This document shows positions 24,192-40,140 of a stretch of 64,000 bases of DNA, one piece after another. Source of the DNA: the human T2T-CHM13v2.0 reference genome, Homo sapiens; NCBI RefSeq assembly GCF_009914755.1, contig NC_060932.1. One strand, 5' to 3'. Within the stretch, counting starts at the first letter, position 1, and every line of letters begins with the position of its first letter. Made by a program: the position numbers and the translations under genes. The notes under the pieces were generated by a model. It did no database searches. It saw nothing but the letters and a program-made list of their open reading frames with translations, and was not told the origin of the DNA.

Positions 24192-25429
24192 CATGCAAAA
24201 TGGGAGTATTTGAATCTCCTTCTGAGAGTAATCTGAAAGTTAAATGAGGTAAAGCAAGTGAAAACATGCTCATGTATTAGGTCTAGGGAGGAAGCAAAAA
24301 GGAAGTAGAAGGATTCTCCTGAGTAGGGGATAATTCTTTTAGGGAGATGCTTACCCCAGAATTATTAATATTCAAGGAAAAGCCAGGAGCGACTATAAAA
24401 CACAGCTCATCATTGCAGACCAAAGACAAAGCACCTCAAAATATGTCTACTACAGTAGGCATATTTTGCAGAAAAAAATTAGAGAAAACTACATCTCCTT
24501 GGAGTAAAGTGCCACAGGTATCCAATAACAGAAAATAGGAAAAGACATCATTGCAAACATAGGAAAATAGTAGATGAAGATGCAAGATCCTAAAATGTGT
24601 ATTTTGGGCAGTTTGTGACAGATCAAGTCACATTTCTGACAGAGTGAGAATTAACCCAAAGCAAAATCAAGATATCATTTAAATGTAAAATGGAATGATA
24701 GACACAATTGAATAGGACAAGGAGATAATGTGAAAATAACAGAGAGGCAAAGGACAAAGAATAAAAATTAAAAGAAGGGGACTCACTCCAGAACCGAAAC
24801 AAGATACCCCACTAATTCTCCTGTCTGCAGACATCACCAATATTCTGGTAAATAAAATTAATGATAATTACCAGAATGACACTATAGTTATCAATGAAGA
24901 GTGTTTGTAGCTTGTCATACGTGTGTGTGAATGTTCAAGGGGATGTTTAGTAAACGGTAAATAGTGTGGGTTCAGTTCTGCTCTGCTAATCCTATATGCC
25001 ATAATTACAAGGTCTCAAATAAGTGCAAACCCTTCAATTATCAGGAAGAGATATCTGAGCCAAGTGGAACCAACTGACAGTAGCAATCAAAATTCTATCG
25101 CCCACAAGGGTGTGGGGGAAAGAAGTACTTTCAAAACTTTAGTGGCATTATAAACTGGCTAAAAATATATATACTTCTGGGAGGTAATTTTGCATACTTG
25201 CATATGCAAATATTCCTGTAAAAATGTGCCTAAAATTTATTCCTCTACTCTTCTCCATCCACCTCTGTAATACAACTTCTGGGAGTGCAGTCTACAGAAG
25301 TAATACAAAGATCCTGGGAAAACAATGTTATTTTGCTCATAGGTGTTTATGACCACATAATGTTTTATGGTAAAAAATAAAAAACAACATACATAATTAT
25401 TGTGGGTATAGTTTAGGATTTCAAGATGC

Positions 25430-25980
25430 TTTTTTTCATTTTTATTAAACTTGGTGTGTAGACATATAATTTACACAGAGTTTTATACATTTTAAAAACG
25501 TAAATTTTTAGAAATGTATACAGTCATGTAACCATTGTCATCAAGGTATGTAACACTTGCCTGGAGTCCCAGCTACTGGGAAGAGTGAGGCAGGAGGAGC
25601 ACGTGAGCCCGGGAGTTCCAGGCTGCAGTGCACTGTAATCATGCCTGTGAATAGCCACTGCACTCCAGCCTGGACAACATAATGAGACTTTATTTCTAAA
25701 TTATTTTTTAATTTAAGAAAAGATATATAAAACTTGCATCATCTCGAAATTTCCTTCAAATAGTCAATACTCACTTCCTGCCCCAGGGAATCCGCTGGTA
25801 TAGTTATTTCCCTATGGTTTTGCATTTTCTAGGTCACTATATAAATGAAATCATACAGTACACAAACTTTTGTGTATGCCTTTTTTCACCTAGCATGATG
25901 CATATGAGATTTATCCATGTTGTTATTGGGTAATATTCTACTGTATGGATGCAACAAAATTTGTTTATCTATTAACGATT
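25430..25980 (-). mobile_element. Old L1M (MD/ME) 3'UTR fragment
   Basis: ATATAAATGAAATCATACAGTA...GAGATTTATCCATGTTG. Confidence 0.8.
25559..25720 (+). mobile_element. FAM (fossil Alu monomer), 5'-truncated
   Basis: Keeps the 7SL-derived GCCTGTGAATAGCCACTGCACTCCAGCC segment that dimeric Alus lack; degenerate TSD AAGGTATGTAACACTTGC / AAGATATATAAAACTTGC. Confidence 0.88.
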
Positions 25981-28655
<2,675 letters not shown>

Positions 28656-28702
28656 CAAAAGATGTTTATAAGACGATGTTGGAGCACAGAAAAAGAAAGT
28701 TA

Positions 28703-28952
<250 letters not shown>

Positions 28953-30079
28953 TCTGCAAACTGTGGTTACTACTATGCATGTATTTTTTAAATCACAGAT
29001 ATGCAAGAAAAAACACTGAAAGAAAATATGACAGATGTTAATATGCACTGAGTTAGTGAAGCAGAAAGAGGGATAAAGCAATTCTCTTCTATTTCAGTGT
29101 TCTATATGATAGCAAGATTACATTAAACATATAAATTAGATTAACAAAAAGTATTCAGCCACTCAGACAAGAAAAGCTCTTAAAAATGAGACCTGCAAAG
29201 AGATCCATTTCAGGATGGCTATGCTGCTCATTCATAAAACTACATCGTAAACTTCACAGTTTATGAAGTATATAAAGGACAGGCATTGGGGTTGCTTTGT
29301 TGAACAAATCTAGCAGATATTTGAATGAGAAGAGTAATATAGTCAGTAGAAAAAAAGTGCAAGAAATAAGTAGAGAAAGAAGGGATATTTTCTGCTGAAG
29401 CATGTATTCTCTGGCACAAGCCCACAATAAATTGAAATTGACACCAACAGTTGGCTCAAAAATAATCAACTACAAATATGCTCAACACATAAGCATTCTC
29501 TTGGACAGAACCACAAAGCATGGTCTGCATTGTTCCTAACAACTCTTTAGAAGTCACCAGATGCAGTTTAAGCTACAATAACATAGTGAGGTACAAGTTA
29601 ATTACATAGTTACCAGAAAGTCACAGACTTTTTTTTCAGTAATAATGTAGTAAATAAATACATGCTCACTCCATGGGAAATGGTGGCAATTATTAAGAGC
29701 ACACATTCACACCATCATATTGCTTACTGATAACTGTGCAGTTAACCAATGGCAGTGTGCTAAAATGGATATCTGTGTTTCCCTGAGTTTTGCATGCTAC
29801 ATGCGATGCATGTGAAAACCAAGCATAGGGAATTTCAAGTATGAACTTCAGCGTGTGAGTGTTGTTTGTGGTCCAATCTCCGTCCCCAAACATCCCCAGA
29901 ATAAGGCTTCTGCTTTTTAACAATGTATATCTATTTTAACCAATTGTCTAGCGTATAATTAATGCTCTATAAACTCTTTGTTAAATGCATTCACAGAAGG
30001 TAACAAAAGATTTTTGTGACACGAGTAAACCAAAAGGAACAAATAAACTTGAATTACTTTATGTTTGTGTTGGTGTTTC

Positions 30080-30305
30080 AGAAAAGAGCTTTGGCTTTGA
30101 ATTCAGAAGTTCCTAATCTGAATACCAGGTCTACCAATTATTAATTAAGGAATATCAAATGAATTACTTGCAGTATTTGAATTTCAGATTTCTCAATTAT
30201 AACAAGGATGTAAAGAGGTTTATTATGTGGCTCAAATAAGAAAATGCATGTAAAAACACTTGTAAACCAAACAAGTACTATACACACAGGAAACAATGTT
30301 ATTAT
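30080..30305 (+). mobile_element. MIR SINE
   Basis: GAAAAGAGCTTTGGCTTTGAATTCAG...AATGCATGTAAAAACACTTG. Confidence 0.7.
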
Positions 30306-31959
30306 GGGGCTACTATTTAAACAGTAGCAAATTCAGGCCTATCTTCAAAGAATTATACGTTATCTAAGGACCTCTCACTGATAGTAAGAAAGAGGTGGTA
30401 AGAGAGTCAGCACAATTATTATTCATAAGGGCAAGGGAATGGCCTAAGAGGAATCCATAATGAGTGATCTGCAGTGTAAATAATCCGCAAATTTTGGACA
30501 CAAAGGCTCAAATCTAGAACCAAATCTATGGCAGGAAGTTTCTAAAAATATAAACGCTGTGGGATTTTTGTGAAGTTACGTACCCCTATGACATATAAAT
30601 GAGCTCAAATAATTTATTTTTCTCATTTCAATTGACTCATATGGCATGAATAACGCACTCTCCAGTAATAAGGATAGAGGAAGGATAAACAACTGTGGAA
30701 ATTTATTGCCTCCAAGCCAAAACTGTGCATCTCTCCAAAGCTCTGCTTTGTACTATCAGAAATAACTCTGGTTCTTAGGTTAATGGCGTTCAGGAAAAAC
30801 ACATCACATGTAGAACAGCTTTTACAAGCTAGAAAAGAAGTCAACAACTAGATTTTTCTTATTTATTACAATTCATCAATAGAATAAAACCTTTCTATTC
30901 AATATGAATGGATTCAAAGTTGGTTGTTTAATTGGAAAATTTGTTGCAATGGGTTAACATCTATTTAGCTGAAATATATGTAAATGTTTATGTCATCACA
31001 AATCTTTTCTTTTAAGGCTCAGATCTTCTCTTTGATGATAGGTTTGGTCATTGACATTCAAATCATGTTACTTCTGTAAGCCATAACTCCTGGTTTTTCA
31101 CTGGAGGGGAGTGATAACTTAAAACACTTGGAAAGAAATCTGACTAAGACCCTAGTAGATTCCTATGAGGTTTTCCTCGAACTTTTACAGTTGTCTTCCT
31201 CACACCTAATTCAACATTAATTTTGTTAGTAAGTTGTCTTTATCAAGACTGTGCGGAGCATTTATCTTATACTTCATCGTCTCTCCTTTTGCACTCATAT
31301 TTCATCAGTTTGTATAATAATTAAGTGCTATAACTACAAGATATAGTACAGCTGAGACAAACAAATGTATGTACAAATAAAACCAAAATACAGAATAAGT
31401 CCTGGGTCCCTACTTTTCCTTTTCTGACAAACACAGACATTCAGAAAAAGAAGAGAGCATTTCTTAAACCAAGGTAAACTGAAGCGAATTTTTAAAGTTC
31501 TTTCCATTTCCACTACCCTCTGCAAAAATGTTTGCTATATGCTTATTGTCACCATCAAAGATGAAGTCACTCTCTCTCTCCCCTGAAAAATACAGAATTT
31601 TATTTTGTTTACCTGAAAGCTGTGTGATATGACTTTTAATTGAAAGTATTTATTGTCTATAATAAGATATGTGTTACATTGGTAGCTGGTCTTTTTGTAA
31701 GTAAACTTTTCTTATTTTAAAACAGCTTCATATTTGCAGAAAAATCTCAACAACAGTACAGAATACTCATATACCCCCCATCAGGTTTCCCTTATAGTTA
31801 ACAGTTGCTGGCTTTTTGCTGTAACTGTAAAGCATTTAATCTGGAACAAAATAATCTCCCATTTTATAGAAGTCATCAAAATGTACATTCTTTCTTTTGT
31901 AAAGTTATTATGCCATTTCTGTTCCTCACTGCTAATCCAAAACTACAGCTACCAAAGGC

Positions 31960-32356
31960 ATGTACACTTTTATTGTGTTGACCACCCAGGAACCCTTCCT
32001 TCAAATGGCACACAAGCACCTAATTTCCAGTTTGGGGAACAACTCCACCCCAACTCACAGTTTTTGGCATTCAGGTGGGGTGATTCCAGGGGTAGACATG
32101 GGGCTCAGGCCTGGCCAATCAGAGCACCCCTCACTCCAGCCACAGTAATCAACGAGTGGCTGGGGGAGATTGTTGCCACCTTGTGGGAGCAGCCTTGGAT
32201 TATCTCAGTTTACACCTATTGTCCTGAGAGGATCATTAATGGATTTTCCTTTCACCTTCAAAAGCCAAAAATGATACAGTCCCTCCAGTGAAAGTCCTGA
32301 GCTATTCTATGCATGACTTTAGCTGCCTCCATAATTATATGAACCAATAAATACCA
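31960..32356 (+). mobile_element. LTR16-like ERVL solo LTR
   Basis: GGGTAGACATGGGGCTCAGGCCTGGCCAATCAGAGCA...GCCACAGTAAT; late CCAATAAAT. Confidence 0.75.
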
Positions 32357-32499
32357 TAGAAGAAAGGGGAGAATATTGGCTTAAAGTCATTTGACAAGCA
32401 AAGAGTGTCACTTGCCCTGTTCCTCATCACAAGTTCATGGTTGCAATCACCAAATCTTTCTATTTGGCCACTTAAAGTTCATACACGCATAATCTGCAC

Positions 32500-32915
32500 T
32501 GGCAATACTGGAACATTTCCTTAGAAGAAGCACATGCAAAGACCTGGAAGCAAGAGAGGGGAGAATATGTTTCCAAAATGAAAGGGAGATCAAGAAGGAG
32601 AGAGATCAAGTGCAGAGGGAGGTGAGTGTGGGAGGGAAGATATCAGGCAGGGAGGGTAAGCAGGGGGCCATGTTGCGCAGGCTGCGTAGAAGCTTGTGTG
32701 TTATTCTAAGGACAATAAGGAACCAGGAAAGGATTCAAGACAGAAGGAGGGTCAAGACCATATGCTCATTTTGGAACAGTCTCTCTGAATGCTTAGAGAG
32801 AGTGAAAGGCAGATCTGAAGACAGGAAGCTGCCTCAGGAAGCAATGATCTTGAGTTGGGGCTATGATAGTGGCAAGGGTAAGAAATGTATGTATTAAAGA
32901 TATAGCCAGGCAATT
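32500..32915 (-). mobile_element. L2 fragment
   Basis: GCACATGCAAAGACCTGGAAGCAAGAGAG...GGCTATGATAGTGGCAAGGG. Confidence 0.7.
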
Positions 32916-33974
32916 CTCTCGGGTCAAATTTGGAGTCTCATTAACGGAAATTCCTGTCTAACCCTGGTCTCCTTTCCCTTTGCAGACCAAACCATTAGGG
33001 CCCAGAATACAGCCCTGCACAAATAAATACTTGTTCAATTAATGAGTCTCAATATATTTGTTCAATTAATGAGTCTCAATAGTTTGATAGTTGAATACAA
33101 TTAGAGATGCAAGCCACCTCCAAATTCTCTAGCAAAGAAATTTTGTCTTGGTTCCTAGGTTTTACGCATTCATGGGGGAAGTAATCATGCATTATCTACC
33201 TCAATATGGCAGCCTCAATTGCTTGAGCAAAAGCTGAAGTCAAACCTCTAAGATTTTCAAATACTTTGTTAAGTGTAACTATTCATATTCTTTTGCCCTT
33301 TAAACAGTAGAGAATCAGTAAAGTATTTTCTTGGTTCCGTTGATATTAGATAGAACTATTGACTTTCCTCCTCTTTTATGGCACCATAAAACATGTTGTA
33401 CTGAAATAAAGGTTTACTTTGCAACTGAGAATTCATAGGCAAGGCTTCCTGCTGACTCCACAGAACCCAGGACAAGGGTGTCACTGTTTTTGTTGATGGA
33501 GGTATTCTTAGAACCAATTAACTACTCTTTCCAGAGGAACCTTTGGATCATAATTAGCTTTATGTGTGTGTGCACGCACACATGTTCTGGAGAAAAGAGA
33601 GAAAGTGTACTACATATAAATGAGTAATTAGGTTTCCGCTAAATTAAAAATTTTCCCAAGTCATGGTCTGCACTTAGATGATCTGTTTCTATTCTGCTAA
33701 TTTCTGCTCAGAGCAATCACTGCCCATGAAACCATCACGTTTTCTTATTCCACAGAGGTCATAGAAGTTCTTTTCTTCTAATGGAGAGAGAAACCCTTGC
33801 CTATTTTCCCCTGTGCCTGCAAAGGTCAGAGAGATGATGAAGTAATGCTCCAAAAAGATGTTTAGCCAAAGGAACTTTAGCTCAAGGCTTTGACTTTTAC
33901 CCCTTAGACTAAAAGGCCACAATTTTGAGTTTCAGTGTCATGAGATCATGAAAGAGGAAGGGACCTCTGTGTTC

Positions 33975-34370
33975 AGCTAGGCAGAGAGGTAACAAGAAAA
34001 AGAGATGTGCTCTAGAATTAGGCTTGAGTTCTGTCGGGGGCACCTCCTGGCTGTGAGGCCTTGGGAAAGATGCTCTGTCTCATTTGAGCCTCATTTTCCA
34101 CATCTGTAAATTGGGGGCAGCAAATACTGAGGGTGACATCATCTTCACTGCATTGTAGTGAGGGTCACATGAGATAGTGGCAAGAAAATGCACCTGTGAA
34201 CTGTAAATAACTAAAGGAATGCATATTGTTTTTTGCTATCTAGTTTGCCCCTTTTTCCAAAATGGAAACAGAGGTGCAGGACTTACCCAGAGCAGCAGCC
34301 TGGTGACCATCTAGAGTCCCAGCTCCCAATTCAGAGCACCTTCACCTCTGCACATGACCTTCCAGTTATT
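33975..34370. mobile_element. Two adjacent MIRs (+ about 33975-34235, - about 34240-34370)
   Basis: GAGCCTCATTTTCCACATCTGTAAATTGGGG, then AAATGGAAACAGAGG...GACTTACCCAG. Confidence 0.75.
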
Positions 34371-34704
34371 GACACTCCTCCAGCAGGGCTATGTTTACCT
34401 AATGTGTCAAACTCAATCCTGAGGACAGCCACTCTGACCAGTAGTACAGCAGTTAACATTTAGATGGGAAATCTTAGTGTGTTTGGACTTATCATATCTT
34501 AGTTTAAACCAAATAATTCAACCAAAGCATAAGAGTATTCCTTTTTCTGAGCCATCTCATTCTCAGAATCACAATTATTGATGTCACCCAAAGTGAACAC
34601 CTAGCTCTAATTTATCTGAGGCCTTCCCTTTTTGAACACGGAAAGTTCCTCATGCCAGGAACTTCCTCAGTCCCAAGAAAACTGAGGCAGTCATCCATCC
34701 CAAA

Positions 34705-34940
34705 TGTCCATATTTCTCTGAATGTCTACAATATGCCAGGCACTGTTCTGAGCTCTTTATTTACAATGTTCTACTTATTCATTTGGAAATATAGATGAGG
34801 TAGGGTTATTTCCAGTTTATGAGGTGAGGAAACTCAGTTCCGAGTGATCCAATAACTTGCCCAAGTCACACAGCCAATGTGCATTGGAGCCAGGACCCAT
34901 GGCATTGTGAATCCAGAACTGTGTCATGTAACACTGACTC
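34705..34940 (-). mobile_element. MIR SINE
   Basis: ATGCCAGGCACTGTTCTGAGC...GAGGAAACTCAG...AACTTGCCCAAGTCACACAGC. Confidence 0.88.
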
Positions 34941-35431
34941 CCCGAATGCCCTGAACATTCTCAGGAATTGTGGGTGGGTGGTGTAAACTGCTTCACACCA
35001 GCTTATTTTATAGTCTACCTGCCAGTTGTAATGGTTCTGCATTGATTGGAAAGTGGTTCTAGTATTCAAACTTGGGAGTGTGATAGTGAAAAGACCACTA
35101 AGAAAATGCATATAAAGCCCTCAATTCAAGTTCCTACCACATTGTTTCTTGACTTTACATCTTGAAGTCTTTTTTTCCTTATCATATGAAATGAAAATAA
35201 TAAAACCTACATCAAAGTAATACCTTGAGACTCAAAGTGTTTAGAAAACATTTTGTAAGCTGAGAAACCCAATATATTAGCAAAGTGGGGCTTAATTTAT
35301 TTACATTAGGTTAATTATGTTATTGAGGATTTATATGGTGTCACTGTACAAGCTTAATGGCTCTGTTAGCCTCTAATTTTTTTGGTTTATTTCCCAAAAT
35401 TTACTTTCACAACCAGTATCTTCCAGACACC

Positions 35432-35825
35432 GTATAGCAGACATCTGTGGTTGCCTGCACAGCAGGAATTCTTCCATTTCTCTTAATGAGATCCTGATTT
35501 CCACGTGGGAACATCATCCTGTCCCCATCCTTATTCTCAAACATGAGCTTTAGCCAATCAGCACATGAAACAATCAGTGTCAGTGAGACATTTGTGAGAA
35601 CTTCTGCGAAACACAAGTTCTCGTCATCTTCCATGGGCAAATTTATCTTCCCCACTGGATGTGAACAATAATAGTTAAAGCCACTAAAGCTATCAACAGT
35701 AGACTTAAAAAGAGTTTTGAGTGAGGGAGAGAAGACGAATCCTCACTTCATGAAAGCAGAATTAAAACCAGAAAGAGAAATGGATTTTTTTTATATCAAT
35801 TTAGCCTTAAATCAAGTCACATACA
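35432..35825 (+). mobile_element. Old MaLR LTR (MLT1K/L-like)
   Basis: TAGCAGACATCTGTGGTTGCCT start; CAATCAGTGTCAGTGAGACATTTG; CCACTGGATGTGAAC. Confidence 0.55.
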
Positions 35826-36015
35826 AATTCCAGCTCTGCACTTTCAAGACTGAGTGAGCTTGGGTGTGGCCATTAACTTCTCTGAGCTTTTGTTTCCTCA
35901 TCTGTAAAATAGGGATCAATCACTTACTCCTTATAGTGCCGTGGTGAGTGTTGAACTGGATAACAATTGTCAAGTTGCCTACCACAAGGCCTGGCAAATA
36001 AGTGCTCAGTGAGTG
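35826..36015 (+). mobile_element. MIR SINE
   Basis: TTAACTTCTCTGAGCTTTTGTTTCCTCATCTGTAAAATAGGG...GCCTGGCAAATAAGTGCTCAGT. Confidence 0.88.
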
Positions 36016-36989
36016 AGGGCTTTCCCTCGCTGCCCTGCCCCTAGTGGGGAAGACTGGGCAGTGACTATATAAAAAATGATTTGAAAATAAGATTCTTGTT
36101 TGGAGTTTAATAAGACTCCAAGAACTTTGCTCATGTTACTGTGTGTGATACAATAAAGGGAAAGGAGGCTAAATTATTTCTTATTGTCTCATTTTCATAT
36201 CTGTTTACATAATTCAATTTGCATTTTAATTTGCACATTAATTCACTTTCCAAGATGAACCCTGGACCAAATCCTGATGCAGTATTTTTTGTGTGTGTGC
36301 CTGTGTATGGGATATAAGGTATGGCTTTGGGAAGAGGACAACCATGACCCTGATAAACAACTGGCTAGAAGACACAATTCCTCCAGTTCCAGCCATCCTT
36401 AACCTCCTCATTCCCAGTCTCTTTGACCATATACTAAAGCTGTGCTCACTCAGTCTAGGATTGTCCCATATTAACATAAATCTGAAAGAGAGAACAATCT
36501 TTATTATTAGAGGAGAGTAGGTCTTCTCTGGCTGTTCAGCTGTATCTTGGAAACCCAAAGATGCAGCTGGCCACTCTTCAACAACAGCAGCAGATAAGGA
36601 AGTAACATGTCTGCTCCATCTGAACACCATCCAAAAGGAAATCCTCTCCAAGCCTACAGGAAACTCCAAGACTACACCTGGCAAGAGAACACAGGGAATA
36701 AGAAGCGGCTAGGTTTAAAGGCAGGAGCATAGAAATCAAGAATTTTCAGCCACCTCTGCTTCAACTATGTATTTCCCACTCTGGGAACCAGGGTTCCCAC
36801 CTGTAAAATGGGCAGTCAGAAATAATGAAGAGTAAGAAACAATCTCAACATCAGGTCAGCTACATCCAGCACAATCCTGGAGTGTGAGCACATCCTAGGG
36901 TATGTGAGCACATACCCTAGACCTATAGGATAATGGATGGAGTGAACCCTGCAGGAGTACAATAAGTACGCCAGTGCTCCTTCAAAAAC

Positions 36990-38402
36990 TTCCTTCCATT
37001 TCACAGGATTCTTTTCTTCCCAGCAAAATCCTTATCATCTCTGAGGCCCAGCTCAAATGCTGTCTCTTCTGTGATGTTTTTGCAACACTCATTGCCCAAG
37101 TAATCCCAGTTATTAAAGCTCTTAACCCCACAATGCCCTGTCCACAGACTCTGAAAGATGCTGATGCATTGTTGTGTCCCATGTCTGTTTCCCCAGCAGG
37201 TTGTGAGTTCTCAGTTGAATTCAGTTTCTTGTTGCAGAGTCTTTATCAAACCACAGAAGAATCAAAGTTGAACAACATGGAGTATCTACACCGGAGCAGC
37301 CCACAGTTCAGGGATGGACACAGAACAAGAGAGATTCATTACAGACATAAAGCACAGAGATGTTGGGGTTTTCTCTGTTGGGAAGAATAAGAGGTCCAGA
37401 AAAGCTTCCCAAAGTGATGGCACCTCAAGGGTCAGGACCTCACCTTATTAATCTCCATGACCCAGCATCTACTACAGCATCTGTCACAACTGGGCTCTGA
37501 GAATGTTGGCTAAATAAATGAATGAATGATATCAATACACAGGGTTTTTCCCCATTTTCTGAATATTCTGGACTAGGGGATATCTCAGAACAGTACTTAG
37601 CACCTAGTGTGTGCTCAATAAATTCTTGTTAAACCACTAAAAATTGCTGGACAGCTGAACTGAAAATTACTCACAGCCCCATTCAACTGCATCAGCCATG
37701 AAAATCAACTCAGAATTTGCAAATCTATGCTGGCATTTAGCACTTAAGATGTAAATACAGAGTGTCAGCCATGTGGCTAAGATCAGCTTTAATTCAGTGT
37801 TCATCTCTGAAATTCATTAATGATTAAATACTTTTTTCCTTTGCTCTCTATGGGAGTTGAAACAAGTATCATGTATCCAAAGACCAGGGTTCAGTTTGGC
37901 CCAACATTAATTCACTTAATGTTTCAACAAAAATTTATTGACCATCTACTAAGTGCTGAGTGCTAGAATCCATTGACTACCTACTAATGAAGTGCTAGAT
38001 TTTAACACAGGGACATCTGTGGTAAAACAGTAAATTCTCTAACCTCATCTAGAGGGGTTGAAGGTTCTGCCTTTGCCTACCTTCTATAGTCAGAGACTAC
38101 TGGTATTTCAATCCATAAGTATTAACTGAAAGTCACTCTAGTTCTCTGCACATGTGAAGCAGAGCATATTATTATTTTGTCCTTGTTGCTCTATCTAAAT
38201 GTCATTCCCTCTTCTCCATCCCATCACTTATTTTGTCCTTGGAATTCCTTCTGGATTTCCTCAAGATTATATAGAAGCTCCATGAAGGCAGGACACTGTC
38301 TGACTCATTGGCTCCTGAGTCCCTTGAACGTAGTGCTGAGCTTGGCATATAGCAAGGGCTCAATAAATGTTTATTGAATGAATATATGACATGATGAATG
38401 AT
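36990..38402. mobile_element. Cluster of L2 3' fragments in both orientations
   Basis: GGCCCAGCTCAAATG; GTGCTCAATAAATTCTTGTT; TTCAACAAAAATTTATTGA; AAGCTCCATGAAGGCAGG...CTCAATAAATGTTTATTGAATGAAT. Confidence 0.75.
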
Positions 38403-39889
38403 TAGATGAAAACGTCTCCTTTTCCAGGAAGTTTTCCCTGTTTCTAAAAAGGAGTTAAGGGCCTCTGCTGAGGGCTCCCCAAGTCTCTCCTCTGGGTCCA
38501 GCAGAGCACATTCTCCTTCTCCATTTTCTCCTGTCTCCACTGCTCAATGGAGAGTTCCTCTAAGGCACAGGCCATGAGTGTTTCATCTCTAATTTCCTGA
38601 CTCTAGCAGAGGGATGTTCACAAAGGATGTGCTCAGATAATAAATATTGATTAAACTCAACAGACCTAAACGAAGGGAATCTCTAAACTCCTGGGTAACT
38701 CACTGCAGATTGGCCCTTGATCGGTTTCTAGGGATCCACTCTATCCCCTGAAAACTCCGGTGGTACTGAAGAGCCTCTTAAAGTTAAAAAGCATCAGTGG
38801 GATGGAGGTGGGATTTATGTTGATCATCAGAGGCCAAAAGTCCAGTCACAGCTGTGGGAATGAGGAAAAGAGTGAATACTATTCGTATTTCTTACCATTA
38901 AAACTAAAAATCATATTCTGATACTGTACACGGAAGAATCAAGTGCATTCTCCAGCAGGCAATTGACACTGGCCTGCTTATTGGAATTGTGAAAGAATAA
39001 GCAACCACAAAGGCAAGAATACACAAGTACTGTTCTGCTTATCCCAGAGAGGTGATTCATGGGCTCTTCCTGCCATCTGGTTTCCTGGCAGGAATGGTAG
39101 AGGCAAATCTGAGGTGGGACCACTTGCTGCTTAGGATAGCAATGTGGTAAGAAGCATCACCAACCTGCCATCATCACCAATCAGACAACTTGGGGCTCTC
39201 CCCTCTTGATAGCGCTGCCCTCAGGCTGCTCTGTCCTGACGGTAATTTTGGTCATGGGGAAAAGGCGCCAATTTTACCCTTACTTTCTCCCCCATAATGG
39301 TACCTGATGGCCCTCATAATTGTAAAAGCACACAATCATAGCAGCTATTAACTTGCTGACACATCCTTGAGTTACTCTTCTAAAATATATCCCTAAGTGG
39401 ATTGCAGAAGTCTCTGGGTGACCGTAGGATCAGACCATCCAATGCAAGACATCACCAGTCCATTGCTGTCACTGAAACCTGGCTTTGTTGGGATGGCATT
39501 GGTCTGCAGCAACCTTCCCGGCACTGGTTCCTCAGCCCACTGGAGCCAAGGATTTCTGGTGGGAACATCTGGTAAACCATAGGATCTTTCTGTTCTCCAC
39601 ATTACCCAGACATGCATGCATTAGGGGAGAAAACATAAACATTTATACTCTCAATCTGCTCCACCCCTCAAAAACGGTATAATGCCTAAAACAGGTCTGG
39701 TTTCTATCGGGGATAGTTGGGCCATCTCTCTGTATTCCACTTCCCTCATATATTAAAGTAAGAATACATACTTCCATTTAAAGTTAAAAAGAAGAAGGAT
39801 CAGCTTCTTTTGAGTATGTAAAGTCTCAGTGGCATCAACCAATAAGTGGAGACTGTTAAACTCTCCAGTGGTGGAATAATGCGGACAAC

Positions 39890-40140
39890 CTTGTGAGTTT
39901 ACATGTTTGTGCATGCTTATCATGCGCTAGAGAGTGTGCTAAGCACTTTACAAGTCTTATTGCTTCTAATTTTCATAACAAACCTAGGAGACACATATTA
40001 TTACCATCTCCATTTTAGAGGTGAGGACACAGGCTCAGAGATAAAGTGATATGGCCCAAATCCCTATGGCTAGTTAAATAGTGGTGCCTGGGTTTGAATC
40101 CAAGTGGCCTAAGTTCAAAGTCCAGGCTCTTAACCAATAC
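39890..40140 (-). mobile_element. MIR (MIRb-like), near full length
   Basis: GTGCTAAGCACTTTACA...CCATTTTAGAGGTGAGGACACAGGCTCAGAG...GGGTTTGAATCC...GCTCTTAACCA. Confidence 0.9.

Noticed and set aside
31734-32291. 185-aa ORF, the longest in the window
   Set aside because: It starts at TTG, spans L1 and LTR16 remnants and has no recognisable domain.
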